Shown in pieces: positions 21,308 through 35,466 of a stretch of DNA of 64,000 bases. Made by a program: the position numbers and the translations under genes. Numbering within the stretch: position 1 is the first letter of the stretch; every line of letters begins with the position of its first letter. Location: assembly GCA_964188305.1 (NCBI GenBank), contig OZ076890.1; one strand, 5' to 3'. The stretch comes from Podarcis bocagei. Taxonomy: Eukaryota. Under the pieces are notes generated by a model. It was given only the letters and a program-made list of their open reading frames with translations, searched no databases and was not told where the DNA came from.

Positions 21308-23679
21308 AGTGTTGTGGTTTTCAGGAACAAAGGGATACAGTGATATAAGGTCAGAATATAGAGATGACTAAGATGACAGAGGTTGGAAAGTAACAAATGG
21401 GAGTTGCTATAAAATTATGGACATTGGGATGCAGAAAGGGGGGGTATGGGGAAGTCCCAGAAAAGAGGTTTATGAAAATATGATATGAAATTATACGTGT
21501 ATGTTTGTCTTTTTAAGTGTTTGTTTGTTCTATAAAATTTTGTAAAACCAATAAAAATTTTATATATATAAAAAAAAGAAATATTGAAATAAATATTTGT
21601 GGCCACGCAAGTTGCTTGGAGGAAACAGCATCATCTGTATCTAGTATGTGTGAGAGGAGGTGGGACAGAGTGTGAGTTCAGCAGCTACCTGTGATTTGTT
21701 TCATCATTTTCTGCTGCTTCCCCTTCTCCCTGTGCTGTACCTGCAAACTCTTCTCCTTTCTAACCCTGCTCCCCATTACTCTATGAATAAAGAGGTGGTA
21801 AACAGTTTTGTTTCTGTAAATAGGTTTGATTGCTCTTCTTGTAGATTACATCACCGAAGTTGGTCCTCCGTGATCTCGGAACTGTCCTGTGCGCTTAAAA
21901 ACCCATTCACAGCTTCTTGATTCAGAACACTCCTTCGGTAAATTAATTCTCAGGTTGCCTGAGCTGTGTATAGTGTTTTCCCCATATCCATTTTAGAAGT
22001 CTCTGCTCATTAATTTTATAGAGTGAACATCTATATTAGCAAGTATAAAGGGAACAATCTCTTTTATTATACTCTGTTAAAATCCTAATAAACTGCCACT
22101 TAAAATACCTCCCAACTCCTTTACCTTTGCAATTTTAGCTTTGGAAATCTCATGGTGTGCCTGCAGCAGAGGTGTCAAACTCAATTTATGGAGATGCATG
22201 AATTTCATGCTTGAGTATCATTCAGGCACAGTTATACTTGAATGTATACATTACAATGATCATCTGCTGACTGTTTCATGTAGTTTTGCTGGAAAACGGG
22301 TGACAACACTATCTGTGGTTTTAGCATCTCATCTGTTTGTTTTGATGTGTTTTAGTCAATCTCCAGCCAGTGCTTTTTTTTTTTTTTTGATTTCTTACCC
22401 ATCCTTGTTACCTGTCCTAGGGAAGATAACAATATAAAAATGCAAAATTGAAGCAAGTTTAAACGATTTTTAATCAGAACAGGGTAGGTCCTAAAAATAC
22501 ATCTCTTATATGTCAGAGGTCAGGGTTTACACAGTAATGTTTGCTGCCTCTTTTAGTAATTTTATGCCCATGGATATATTTAGCCATTCTGAGCCTAAAC
22601 TGCGCACTTAAGATATAGTCCCTCAGATAAGCCATACAGAGGTTAATTAACAATTTGAATATTGTTTAAGAATGGAAGACAAAGTCCTAAGGCTTGGAAA
22701 AGAAATAATTTTTATTGTGATGGGGGGTGGAATTTAATTTTACAGGATTAAAATATTCCTAATAAGAAATGGCAAAGATTTCACAAAAAAAGCATACCAC
22801 GTTGTTGGGTTTTTTTGGGGGGTTGCATTTATTAATGTATGGCATTATTAGTAGATTCTGAGCACTGTCCACAGAATCCTCTCCACAGAAAACCAATTGA
22901 AACAAATGGTACATGTTAATGTCAGTGGACTTTGTGCTGGATATGGTCCTGGCAGAGTGCCCTCTGGTGGCATAAATAAACTTAGCAAAAAGTAATCTTG
23001 CAGCAGATTTGACCATTTCCGTATCACAGTACAGTAAACCGTTAATCAAAGCCTCTTGGGCTTCACTGATGCTTACAATTATCTACTACATAGCTTGGAA
23101 AGTTGTTAGTTTCCTCATTCTGTATGTATTTGGACACATCTTAATCAAGATATCATAACCACATTTTTCATGATGGTTCTGGAGATCAAGGAAGAATCTT
23201 ATTTTGGTCTAATTGGATACAGATGGAAACCATTTTGAATCAAGATGATAGAATGAATCTTTCAAAACAGCACTGATCTTTTGTGCCTTGGGATTCCCAA
23301 ACAATGTTGGGCCCTTTCTGCTGGTTGTTATTTGCTAGTTTAGGAGAGGCTGAGAGTCAGTTTCCAGTTAGATAGTTCATAACTCGCCCGATCTCATATG
23401 AGAGATCCTCCATTTGGCAAAGTCACGCGTTTCTCGAGCAGCAAGAAGGCAGAGATATAAAGGCTGATGAATCATTCCAGCCCTATTGTATGGACTGATC
23501 TTGTGCATTAGCCCAAAGCTGTCTTATATTGCCATCTTTTTAAAGGTTTGGGGTGGGGGGGACAAAATTGCCTCATTCCATCAAAGATCCAAGTTCTTTG
23601 TCACTAGAGGCTGTACGTAGTGACTTCTGTGGCTTGGACTACCTTTTATCAGGTTCAGCTGGTACGTCAGCTGCAACCA

Positions 23680-24190
23680 TTCCAGTCCACGCATCAGTAT
23701 CCTCAAGTGGCGCTGCCCTTGTATCTGGCCTGGAAGATGCAACTAGCGTAGTGGCCAGGCTGCTCACAGAAGCAAGTTACTGGCAACATGTGACTTCTTT
23801 GCTGAGAGAACTGCACTGGTTGAAACTAGCTCAGTAAAATAGGCAGTGTTCTTGCTTTAATTCACAGATCCCTAAACAACTTGGACCCAAAGCACCTTAC
23901 TCCTTGGGCTCTGCTTGTGATCTTCTGATGGAGCCCCTGTGCTTCCATCATCCTTCACCAGACACGGGGCTTTTACAGTAGCAAGCCCTGCCCTGTGGAA
24001 TCCTCGCCAAGGGAAGTCCGGAAGAGTCATTCCTTTAATTCAGAAAGGCCTTTAGAATTATTAGCAACCAGTTTATTGGCATACTCTTGATGTTTTTAAG
24101 AATGTGATTGTAGAATTGTTTCTGTGTTGTATACCCCCTTGTTATATTTCTTATCAAAGTGTGATTTATAAACATTTAAATAAATAAAAT
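23680..24190 (+). mobile_element. Old degenerate L2 3' fragment
   Basis: VARLLT..HVTSLLRELHWL in ORF 23553..23837; CCCTGCCCTGTGGAA; TAAA tail. Confidence 0.65.
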
Positions 24191-27100
24191 ATGCACTGGA
24201 AGTTGGAACGCCGCTTTATTTTATTTTTTTAAAAAAATGCAGAGCTGCTCCACAGTAATAACCTACGTATAGCTACAAAGAAACACAACAACAGTCACAC
24301 CTTTGTTTAATTATATGAAGTGAGCGACATAGCATGACTGAATACCAGTTGCTGAGAATCCCAAATGGAGCCAGTGCAGTTGCAATCAGGTTTTGCAGGG
24401 ATTTTTGCAATCAGGTTTTGCAGGGATTCCACAGGCATCTTGGTTGGCCATTGTGAGAACAGGATGTTGGGCTAGGGATGCCTTTGGTGGCCAGGGAAAC
24501 CACTATGATTTTTATTTTATTTTATTTTTTTTGCAATAGCCATTTAGCCACACACTCTTTTCCCCAACTACAAACTGAACACTTCCATCCAAGAAACTGT
24601 GGAGCAGTTCCCACCATCTTATTTAGTTCAAATGCTGATTGGCTTGACTCCTTAGTTTACAAGGCTGGCAAACCTTTAAGTTTAGCTTCAGTTGTGCCAT
24701 TTCTCTATTATTCTCATCAAGTGTCTGAATTATTGCCAAGGGGTGATATCAAACGTTCCATGTCCCACCCTGCCAATCTTCATAAATCTGAACAAACTGA
24801 CAGAGAACACTGCAGAGAATGCACCTCCCAATTCCTTACTTTAGAGTGATACACAGGCTCTGGGATGATATACTTTTTTTGAGTAATAAATCCATAAATC
24901 ATAATTCTTAGCTCAACAGGAATTAATTCTTGGCCTTCACTTAGGTAGTTCATTGACTTTATTATCATCTTCCTACATATTTTAGCATGTAAACGTTACT
25001 ACAAAATGGATAAAAGTCACATGTGGCAAACCAGAAGTATACAAACAACATTTTCATTGGGATTGTGGCCACTAACATTAGACACAGTTACACATCACAT
25101 ATTATCATTATTATTTTTCTGGCATATAAACAAGTTATCTACTCTTTGTCCCTACAACTCAAGAACAATTAATAAGAGGTATAAACATATAACAGATCAG
25201 TTTCTTCAATACAAAGCACTACACAAATGTCAAATACATATAAAGTTTGCTTGTAAATATTTATCCATTTAATATTTTAGAGCTAAAAATATATTTCAAA
25301 GGCATCTTTATATATTAATTAAATCCATCTTGGGCTGTTGGGATTGACTGAGCCACCTTTCTCGTTTCTACAGCCACCCTCTTCTAGCCAATCTTGCAGA
25401 TTTACATTCCTGGAAGAGGCTGATGTGGCGCAGCTGAGACTTGAAATCATATTACAGTCTATAAAAATATATATATTTTTTATTTCCCTTTCTGAAGGCC
25501 TGCACTGCCAGCCCTCATATTCTACTTCTACCCCGCTGTAGCTAGAACTTCAATACATACAGATACAGAGTACACATGCCACATTCTCCTAGACACAATT
25601 ATTATTCTAAGTAGCAATGCAATGAAAAGGCAGTATGTAAATAATGCATGTCATTTCCACTTATTATTATATGGCACAGTCTGTTTAAGGTTAGAAATGC
25701 TTTCAGTGTGCTTCCTTTATTATATTTTTCTGCAACCAAACTATTGTTTTTAACAGAAGTCTCCAGTTCAAGAATGCATCCTTGCTCAGAAACGTACATG
25801 TCCGAGACCAGCAAGCTTGGAATACTATATTTCAGTTGCATGGATAGCAGCTGTTTTGTATGGCTCTGGAAGTGGAATTTTGGAAAACTGCATGGAAGGA
25901 GTGGGATGACTAAAAAGCCAACATTTTCTACCCTTCTGGGCAGATTCTTTTTAATTCAAAGGAAACAAGTGAACAATTCGTTTCTTCTGTTCTGCATTTT
26001 ACCAGTTCCTCAATAGGCATGATTTTTGAAGACCCTGTTCTTATGTTTTCACAAGATCGCTTAATTTTGCCTCCTAAATGTCTGAGAAGTTACCAAGGCA
26101 CAAATGCACTTGCATAAGTAGAATCCTTAAGAGAGGAACTTCATCAGTGCTCCAATTAGGCTGGAATTCTGCTGCTCATGCCATACAACTGCTCTATCAG
26201 CTGCACAATCTGTTTATTGGAGCAGTGCAGAACCTAGTTCAGCAATGTGCTTCTGCAACATTCAAAGTCAGGCTGCCTTATGAAGAACTGTATGGTTCAA
26301 AGAGAGACTGGATCAGGGGATAAAGTATGTAATTAGGGTCCCTTTGGAGAGGGAAAATATATATCCATGTACACAGCCAGTAGAATATGCATGCCCTACC
26401 ATATTTAAGGTCCAAGACCCAAAGGGCAGGGGGACTACTGAGAAAATGGGGCGGCTGTCAGGATTCTCTGAATTGGTGGTTGTTGCTGGCTCTAATATTC
26501 TCCCTTCACTGGAGGGTCCTAGCTCTCCCAAACAGAGATATTTCTACAAGCAGCCTGAAGATGGAATAAATAATCCATTTACACAACCCAATCCTTTAAG
26601 TCCAGCACCATCAATACACTTCCTCACCAACTATTCTGGCACAGAAGACAAAACAAAGGCATTTGATGTAGTATCAAGCTCAGAGCAGTCACCTATCCAG
26701 GCATGAAAAGCTATGAGCCCTGGACTCCTGTTGGGATGAAGGGACCTGACATCTTTTTTTCAGTCAACAAATTAGTAACTCTAACTCTCACGAGCAGAAG
26801 AAGAGTCAAATCCTGTTACCTAAGGGGTATGGCAAACAATGAAGTCCCACCTTACATCTGACAGTAAGAGTTAACATCTAGTTTTTCAGCAAGACCTCTC
26901 AGTGTTTCTTTCTGGCATGCATACAGTTGATCATTTCACTGCGTAGTCTACCAGACATTTTACCTGTAGATGTGCATTAAGATCCTCCTCATCTCCTGAC
27001 TGCATGAAACAGATGACCACACTGCGTTGAAGCAAAAGTGCTCATTAAAGGGTAGCTTGGCCATCTGCATGGACCCTCTCATTCTGTGCTTCCAGTGGCT

Positions 27101-30100
27101 TTACCTTGCTTCCCCCTTGGATATACTGTCTGTGGGCTCTGCCCCTGAACCAACAATGGTTCACATTTTAAAATATGGGATGGAAACTTAATAAAAGGCC
27201 ACCTGATTCAGCAACACTATCAAACTATTCATGTTCTGATTAATTATGAAGTGGCTAAACATATACAAAACAGAATCTAACAATAGTTATGCACAGTGTT
27301 ATTAAACATATATAGCTTTATTACAATCTTTCTTGCCACATATTGTAAATTGAGACTAGTACAATCACTGCAATAGTACCAGACAGACAATGAATTAACA
27401 CCATCCAATCAAGATACGTATAAGGTTACTCTTAACAAGGCAGTATCTTTAGCTAGAAATCTTGGTCCTCTTAATTCTTTTTTTAAATATTGCGCTGATC
27501 ACAGATCTCTTGCATATTGAATGCAATTTGGCAAATAAACATTTAAAACATAGCAAATTTTAATACATATGCTTCTTAAAAGCACATTTAAAAGTAAGAT
27601 TTCACAAACGACAGTTTCTATTTACTTTTCTAAATGTCGTTAGGTGCAAGGAAGTATTATGGGTACATATAAGCTAGATTTAAGCTTGTGAGATACTTCA
27701 TTTTACATGAGTTTTGGTCCTGCTGAGGGACTAATTAAAGGTTATGTGCAAATGCATGTAACAGATTCCTGATGCCGTACATTTTAAAGAACAGATTTGG
27801 AAGAGGGAGGCTTTAAGTGAAGTAGTGGAGGGAGTGCTTAACCCCTTCCCCTGCCCATCATTTTTATGCTCAAAACCATTGCCTCACAAAGCCATTTGTC
27901 TTTTTTTTTGAAAAAAAGAAAGCTTCAGAGCTCGATCACATATACTTGCACATAAGATCTTGTTAGCCCCTATGCTTCACAAAGAACTGAAACCACAATA
28001 AGAAAAATCTTTACAAAAAGTGGAATTAAACACAAATTAGCAACAGTAGATGATAACACCAGCTTTCCAGTTGAAGACAATCATAAAAACAGCTGCAGTA
28101 TTTACTTAACTCGTGCCTCTGGGACTATTAGAGACACACGCTGATTTGCTTTAAGCTCATCTTCTTTACTTTCAGTCTGATTCTCTGGGCGAGCTAGTCC
28201 CGGTCTACCCTATATATGGGGGTTGGTGGAAGGAAGAATTCCAGATCCTTTCAAAAAAAGCAGCTAAAGTGGTTATGGCGGAGAGAAGTAGCTTCATTTG
28301 AGTTTCACTAGGCAGGGGTGGTGAACTTGGCGCTCTCCAGATGTTATGCACTTTTGCTCCCATCCACTCCAGCCAGCATGGCCAATGATCAGGGTAATGG
28401 GAATTGCGGTTCAACATCTGAAGGGTACCATGTTGGCCACCTCTGACCTATGGCTATAGAAAGACTTGGCCTCTCTCCAGATCTATCTCATTGCTCTAGT
28501 GAAAGACAATGGCCAAAGGGATCTGATCTGACTTTATCAGCTTTTCTTCTTTCTCTCTCCATAACTTATCCGCTGCAGAAGCTGATACACTGGTGCAGAG
28601 GATGGGGTCTCACATCTGCAGGGATTGTATTGGCTGGCACCCTATTGAGGGAAAGGCTCAGGCGGCATCAGTAAGGGCGCCAGCTGATAGGTTCACACAC
28701 TGCAGTTCTTTCTGGAGGGTAAGGCTCCCTATGAGTGGATCTGTAAATAGGACATGACCCTTACGAGATGCTCACTCCTTTAAATAAATGTTCCAAAGTA
28801 TAAAAGGGTGAAGTAGAATATTTAATAGCTGTTCCATCTGCATCTAATTCAAAAAAAAAAAAAAAAATCATTGGAAACCTTAGGTGTCTGTTACAGCTAA
28901 ACGAAAAGAAAAATAAAAGAAAACTGATCTGACATGGTTTTTGCTAGGTTTATGCGGAGTATTGCTTACATTTTTTCAAGGGCTGTGAAATGATGACACG
29001 ACAAGAAATAAATGCTGCCCAAACGATATTAAAGAGAAATGTCTCCAAAAACTGCAGCAATTAAAAATAGCCTGCAATAGCCTACTGGGATTTTTTAAAA
29101 TGCTTTTTTTCCAGTGATTCTCCTGATAAGCCTTAGAATACTGGAATCAGGTTCTAACATGTTAGCAGCGTAAGACTTACTTAAAATAAGGGAGTGCTGT
29201 AAATTAATCTGGGTAGACTCAAGACCTAATATGAATAATATTTTCTCTAAAAATCTCACTAAAAATTAGTAATTTTACTTGTGCTTTTTTGATGTGCAAT
29301 TTGTCCTGCGTATGCTAGAAATTAAGTTGAAAATTGGGAGGGATAAAGAGTTTCCCTTTCTCTGGATTCCTGGCTAAAATCACAGTTCATATTGGCTTGT
29401 CCAGTGTTCTATGGGGAAAGTATTTGGGAAAGTTTCATATATGAAAATCCCACATTAAATCAAAATTCACCTCAACAATAGTAGTATTTTTAAAAAAGCA
29501 TACCTAATGAAACTACTTATCCTCATTTATCTATGGAAATCAAGTGCTGCAATTTTAATGAATGTCTAATAGCCCCAATACATTGAAGAGGGACAAAGTC
29601 AGTATTATGTGGATTTTGTAGGATCTTAATTAACTCACATACCAGGAAGGCTCAACTTACAGCAGATCTATATAGCAATGGGTAGTTTTCAAGATTCTTT
29701 ATGTCTTGTATGAAAAAAGTGTATGAATATTTTATTGCTATAAATTTATTGATATTTTACCAGTAACAAACCCACCAAGCACAGAGAAGGCCAGGACTGA
29801 TCCTGACTGTTAATTTGCAAGCTTCCTTAAGCTGCTGGAGATGTTAACATGGAATGTTGTACTCAAAAAGAAACTTTAATCCTTTGAGTGTTCTGTGATC
29901 AGATGGGGTTAATAGTTAAAATGTATTTGTGCTTTAGAAGTTGTCTCTCCACGCAGCTACGTTTTGCTCAACAAATATATCCCTCCAACCTGAAAATTGT
30001 GTTGAATGTCGTTATCAATACAGGGCAGTGTATATTGTTGTATGAGAATAGGAAAATGATTACTGGTTTGCAGCTGTTAACCTAAGAGCCTACTTTGGCT

Positions 30101-33100
30101 CTGTCAGCGTGAGCAAGGGCAAGAATCTCATGCAATTAAAACTACCCTTTTTTAATTTATAAAAGGCAATTTCACAACAGTGGTGACTAAAAGGAGTAAC
30201 AGTAAAATCCAGTAATTAGTTACATGGAATTTCCCTTGAGATTTGCTAAAAGTGAGGAAAAGTGTTGGGGACTGAGCCCTGAAACTAACTGTAAACACTG
30301 TGAAAAAGCAAAACCTCAGCTTGATGTAAGGCTTAGACATACATAAGCCACATTGCCATTGTTGGTTCTGCTAAAGAAACCCAGGTATTATTTCCCATGG
30401 CAGCCAGTCCATTCAGGGCATATTTGGATGTTGCGCAGAAGTAGAGGGAAGACAGTATAGGAAACTCTTGTGTTTTGCCTTTTCATGCTTTCTGAAATGG
30501 GTACTCTTCCAAGGTGAGATGAGCCACTCATGCTCTTTCTCATCTCATATATGAAGCACCCTCAGTTATTGGATGAAAGAATGAATGAATGAGTGAATAT
30601 ATTCTGAAAAATAGCAATTCCTAATTTAATTCATACTTCTGCAGGCATCTGCAGGCAATGTGTATACAATGTAAAGCTTTTGTAAACTTCAGCTCATGTG
30701 TGCGTAAGGTTTGGCCTCTGAGATGTTGCTGAACTACAACTCCCATTATTCCTGACCTTTGGTCATGCCTGCTAGGGTTGATGGGAGATGCAGTTCAGTA
30801 ATGTCTGGAGAGCCAAAGGTTCCCCACTCATACTGTAGCTGGTCTGATGAGTTTCACCACCTTCCTGTGACTATGCCCCCATGTTGCTGTCGTGCTCATC
30901 TGAGGCTGGCAGGAAAAGCTTTTATTGAGAAAAACCTTGGCAGGCCATACATTGTCCTATCCCTGATACAGGGAAGGGTGGGGAACTTGTGTGACACTGG
31001 GGACCACAGTGGAAATAAGTTATCAACAAGCTTACATCTACAACCACAATGATTAGACAAATGGGTATTTTAAATGAATGAAAAAGCTGAAATGTCTCAA
31101 TTGCAGCACCTCATTTTTAGAATGTTGTCCCCATCAAGGCCTACCTTGAACCAACATAAACATTATTTTGGCACCAGGCATATGACTGTTAATGTAACAT
31201 TCTTATGTACAGCTAGACATTTAAATTGGTTTGCTTAGTGACAATTATGAACATGTTCTTTGGGGGGCGCTATGGTAGTGGGGGCAAGGCTGGTGTTGCT
31301 TTTTGAATTGTATTGAATAATTTGTTGGTTGCTGTTTACCCCTGTTTTTAGTTCTTGTATATTTCTATATTGTTTGTATGTTATATTGTAGATCACCTCA
31401 AGACCATTTTTAGTAGAAGGCATCTAAGAAATTTAAAACATTGCAATAAAGTAATTAAAAGCTGATTTTTAACAACAGCAAACAACAGTTTGCACAATGG
31501 AGCTTTAAGACCCAAGCAGCACTCCTGTTAATGGCAGCACTTTTGCAGAAATCCTGTTTTCCAGAGAGATCCAGAGAAAAGGATGTTCTAATAAAAATTA
31601 GGAGAAATACCCTGGTCATTTGCAAGGAAAAAGGAAGTAACACTGCAACAAGTGTTTTGCAAAGTGCCATGGATTGCTTCAATACCCTGTTTTATCTCAA
31701 GAAAATAACAAGAAATAAAACAAAGAGTACAAATGTCAATTTATCCATAATTCTTCTGGGGGTGGGGAACAGAGAGACAGAGAGAAGAGAAACAGGAAAA
31801 CAGGTTTAAAATTCTAAGTTGAATTAATATGCTTAGTCCTGGCACTATTAAATTATCAACAACTAAGAGGAACTGAAATTGTTTTAATAACTTTAAGAGA
31901 TTATTACATGTAACAGAATCTAGCACTCTGTGTTGATTCCCAAGGTATTCAGACATGCTCACTGGAGCATCCAGACCGTCATTTATTTTTTCAAGGTAAA
32001 ATTTAACAATAACTCCTGTAAAATTCCTGAAGGTTTGGGCCTTGCATTGATAAATAATATGGGTAAAATGCCTCCCAAACATCTACGGTGCAACCTATAT
32101 TCATTTCTATCAGGCTTGCATGAGATTCCTGCCTAAGTGTCATTGAAAGGCATGGAGGTTGTACAACAGCAGTGGTTGGTGTGTAGTGCCTTTGGTGGAT
32201 GTGTATGTCTGGAGAAACCTATTGATTATACAGTCTTTTTTTTTCATCCATCCCAGGAGCAGGAGCACGCTACCCAGTGGTCATAAACAGTGAATTGGTC
32301 TCAACAAACAACGAAGACTTTCACTCCCCTCCTAGCCATTACAAGATGAAATGGGATATTCAGGTTTCATAAGAAGTACTTATTAAGGAAACTTGCATCT
32401 TGTGAGTCTTTTAAGTGTATTCTATCAGAGGTAGAACCACCATTGTCTTTTACTCATCTGTGTTTTTTGTGGAGAGAAAGAAGGGGGAAAGAAAACAAAA
32501 CAAAACAAAACAAAAAAACCTGACGACTTTTGGTTGCTTAATATTAAAGGGTTAGCACCTCTGGATAGTGGAGTCTTGCAATTTTTCACAGACCAGACAT
32601 GGGAGCTGTTCTCAACAACACATTCTTATACTTCCAAGGGCTGTACAGACAGAGAACCTAAAAGCTAACCATCTGCAGACCCCTCTCCACACTTGGCCTG
32701 AATCTCTCTCTACTTTTTGAGGTACTGAACATTGAAGCAGGCTGCCAAACCACTGCATTTAAGGGGAGAGGTAACCTGCTCAATTGGCACAAGATGCTTT
32801 CCCACAGTTTATACACTCCAGACAATCATTCCACTAACAAATGCATTCTGAAAGTCTTTGGCAAGGCAAGAAACCTTGTGCTCCCAAACCCAGGGTTCCC
32901 AACAATTGATCTGACAGCCATCTTCATAGCTGGGAGGGAGTTGCAATATACACCTAGCTTTTTTCATTCTTCTTAATTCGAGCAAGGCCAGCACATGTGC
33001 TTGGTAGTGGATCTCATCTATGCTGGGCACTATTTCATGGAAGTCAGGTTTCTGTCACAGATCTAAGGCAAACATTACAATTTACAGGAAAGAAAATGAG

Positions 33101-33140
33101 GACATCAATACATTGTGCGTTGTTAGGAGATATACAACCT

Positions 33141-33253
33141 TTATAACACAGTAGCTTTTATTATTATCTCTGGGTTTTCTATGTCCTTTTTGCTTTGGAC
33201 CATCCGCAGTTCCAGCTGGGCTGAATTGGGTTTGTTTCCTTCTCCAGCTTGGG
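33141..33253 (-). CDS. PDXK: PDXK exon 11 coding part ([37 protein letters not shown])
   Basis: tttttaag acceptor; TAA stop at 33143-33141; LELRMVQS motif. Confidence 0.95.
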
Positions 33254-33749
33254 CTTAAAAACAAAAGCAACAAAGAGACTGAAATGCCACAGGTGTTTAA
33301 TTTTAACAAAAGCAGCCCAGAAGAAAAACTTGTCCCTCCCAGCCCTTCACTCCTTCCCGCCGACTCCCAAATCAGTATGCTTGAATCTCAGCTCTACTGC
33401 AATTCAGGATGCAACAAGAGCACTGCAAGATCAGACCAAAGGTCCATCTCATGCAGCCCTTTGTTCTCCTCATTGACCAGCCAGATGCCTTTGGGAAGCG
33501 CACAAGCAATAAAACAACATGCCCCCACTCTTTCTTTCCCAGCAGAATACAGCCTCTGAACACAAAGTACAACTTAGCTGGTATTAAAAGCCGTCCAAGC
33601 CACCTTGGGCAGCACACTCCTTAATTTTTTGTTATCTTGAGGATGGAGAACCTGTGGCCCTTCAGATGCTGATAGCCTTCAACTCCCAACAGCCCCAGTC
33701 ACAATGGATAAGGATCAAGGATTCTAGGAGTCGTGGACCAGGAGCACCA

Positions 33750-34865
33750 GGAGAGCTGCTGGATCAGGCCACTGGCACATCTAGTCTAGAATCTCTCAGT
33801 GGCTCCCCAGAAGCTCACAAGCAGGACCTGACAAACAGCACACTCTACTGGGCCTCCCAGCAACTGGCATTTAGACGCATGCTGCCTTCAACAATGGAGG
33901 TAGAACATAACCATAATGGGTAGTAGCCACTGATAGCTTTATGGATGGCGGCTAATGGATTGAGGTTGAATCCTGACAAGACAGAAGTACTGTTTTTGGG
34001 GGACAGGAGGCGGGCAGGTGTGGAGGACTCCCTGGTCCTGAATGGGGTAACTGTGCCCCTGAAGGACCAGGTGCGTAGCCTGGGAGTCATTTTGGACTCA
34101 CAGCTGTCCATGGAGGCACAGGTCACTTCTGTATCCAGGGCAGCTGTCTACCAACTCCACCTGGTACGCAGGCTGAGACCCTACCTGCCCGCTGACTGTC
34201 TGGCCAGAGTGGTGCATGCTCTAGTTATCTCCCGCTTGGACTACTGCAATGCGCTCTACGTGGGGCTACCTTTGAAGGTGACTCGGAAACTACAGCTAAT
34301 CCAGAATGCGGCAGCTAGACTGGTGACTGGGGGCGGCCGCCGAGACCACATAACACCGGTCTTGAAAGACCTACATTGGCTCCCAGTACGTTTCCGAGCA
34401 CAATTCAAAGTGTTGGTGTTGACCTTTAAAGCCCTAAACGGCTTCGGCCCAGTATACCTGAAGGAGCGTCTCCACCCCCATCGTTCTGCCCGGACACTGA
34501 GGTCCAGCGCCGAGGGCCTTCTGGCGGTTCCCTCATTGCGAGAAGCGAAGCTACAGGGAACCAGGCAGAGGGCCTTTTCGGTGGTGGCGCCCGCCCTGTG
34601 GAATGCCCTCCCATCGGATGTCAAGGTGATGGACAACTACCTGACATTCAGAAAACATCTTAAGGCGGCCCTATTCAGGGAAGCTTTTAATGTATGATAT
34701 TTTAGTGTTTTTTGGTTTCTGTGGAAGCCGCCCAGAGTGGCTGGGGAGGCCCAGCCAGATGGGCGGGGTACAAATAATAAATTATTATTATTATTATTAT
34801 TATTATCCTCCATGAATTTGTCTAACCCTCTTTTGAAGTCATCCGAGTTGGTGGCCATCACTATT
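33750..34865 (-). mobile_element. CR1 3' fragment, interrupted by the L2
   Basis: FKRGLDKFMED in ORF 34637..34861; GATAGCTTTA and TCCTCCATG are contiguous once the L2 is removed. Confidence 0.75.
33943..34806 (+). mobile_element. 5'-truncated young L2 LINE (RT C-terminal region, 3'UTR, TTA tail) in PDXK intron 10, antisense to the gene
   Basis: Open 250-aa ORF 33945..34697 with LNPDKTE, SRLDYCNALY, QNAAARL, LHWLPV, RAFSVVAP (L2 ORF2 C-terminus); (TTA)n tail; splits a CR1 fragment. Confidence 0.92.
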
Positions 34866-35408
34866 TCACTGGATGACTCCCCGAGGGAAAAATACAGGGT
34901 TTCTATTTGCCGTCTCTAAGCCAATGTGGTGCCTTCCAGGCTTACAACCCCCCATGATCCTTGACTCTTGGTGATGCTGGCTTGGGGTGATTGGAGTTGT
35001 AGTCAAACTATCTAGATGGTATTATGTTGGCCACAGCTGCTCTAAACCACGCATAATTTTATTAGCATCTATCATGCCCGCCCTCCCTCAGAATAGTTTC
35101 CCCAACCCCGAAGGGTATATAAGGCCCTTCCTCTTGGTCATACACAATTACATTCAACACAAATTGCCACATCTTTGACTGCATTAAAGCTGATTATAAT
35201 AGAGCACAATTCAAAATATTAATTGATGTGTAGCATTGTTTTACAGAGTGGAATTTGTTTTTATATATAATTTTTAATTGAAACTTTTCAACGTACAATG
35301 CAATAAACACCACCAAACCAATCTAAATAAAAATAAAGAAGAAAGGGAAAAGGGGGAAAAAAAGAAAAGGAGAAGGAAAAACAAAAAGAGAAAATAGAGA
35401 GAGGAAAT

Positions 35409-35413
<5 letters not shown>

Positions 35414-35463
<50 letters not shown>
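35414..35463. repeat. (GA)n microsatellite
   Basis: Directly visible. Confidence 0.95.

Positions 35464-35466
<3 letters not shown>

Larger units (their letters stand above)
14244..21575 (+). mobile_element. Full-length LINE-1 (L1 clade) retrotransposon, interrupted by a DNA transposon
   Basis: CpG-rich 5'UTR, ORF1, ORF2 (APE endonuclease, RT, CCHC), AATAAA at 21550, A-rich tail. Direct repeat AAGAAATATTGAAATAAATATTTGTGG at 14217-14243 and 21576-21602; TT/AAGA target site. Confidence 0.96.

Noticed and set aside
22280-23250. Cadherin-related cytoplasmic-tail motifs (FAGKRV.., ..GYRWKP)
   Set aside because: Similarity too weak to distinguish from chance.
26344-26706. Cystatin B (human PDXK neighbour), suggested by VVVAGSN
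   Set aside because: No QVVAG with stefin context or exon structure; no stefin exons found in the window.
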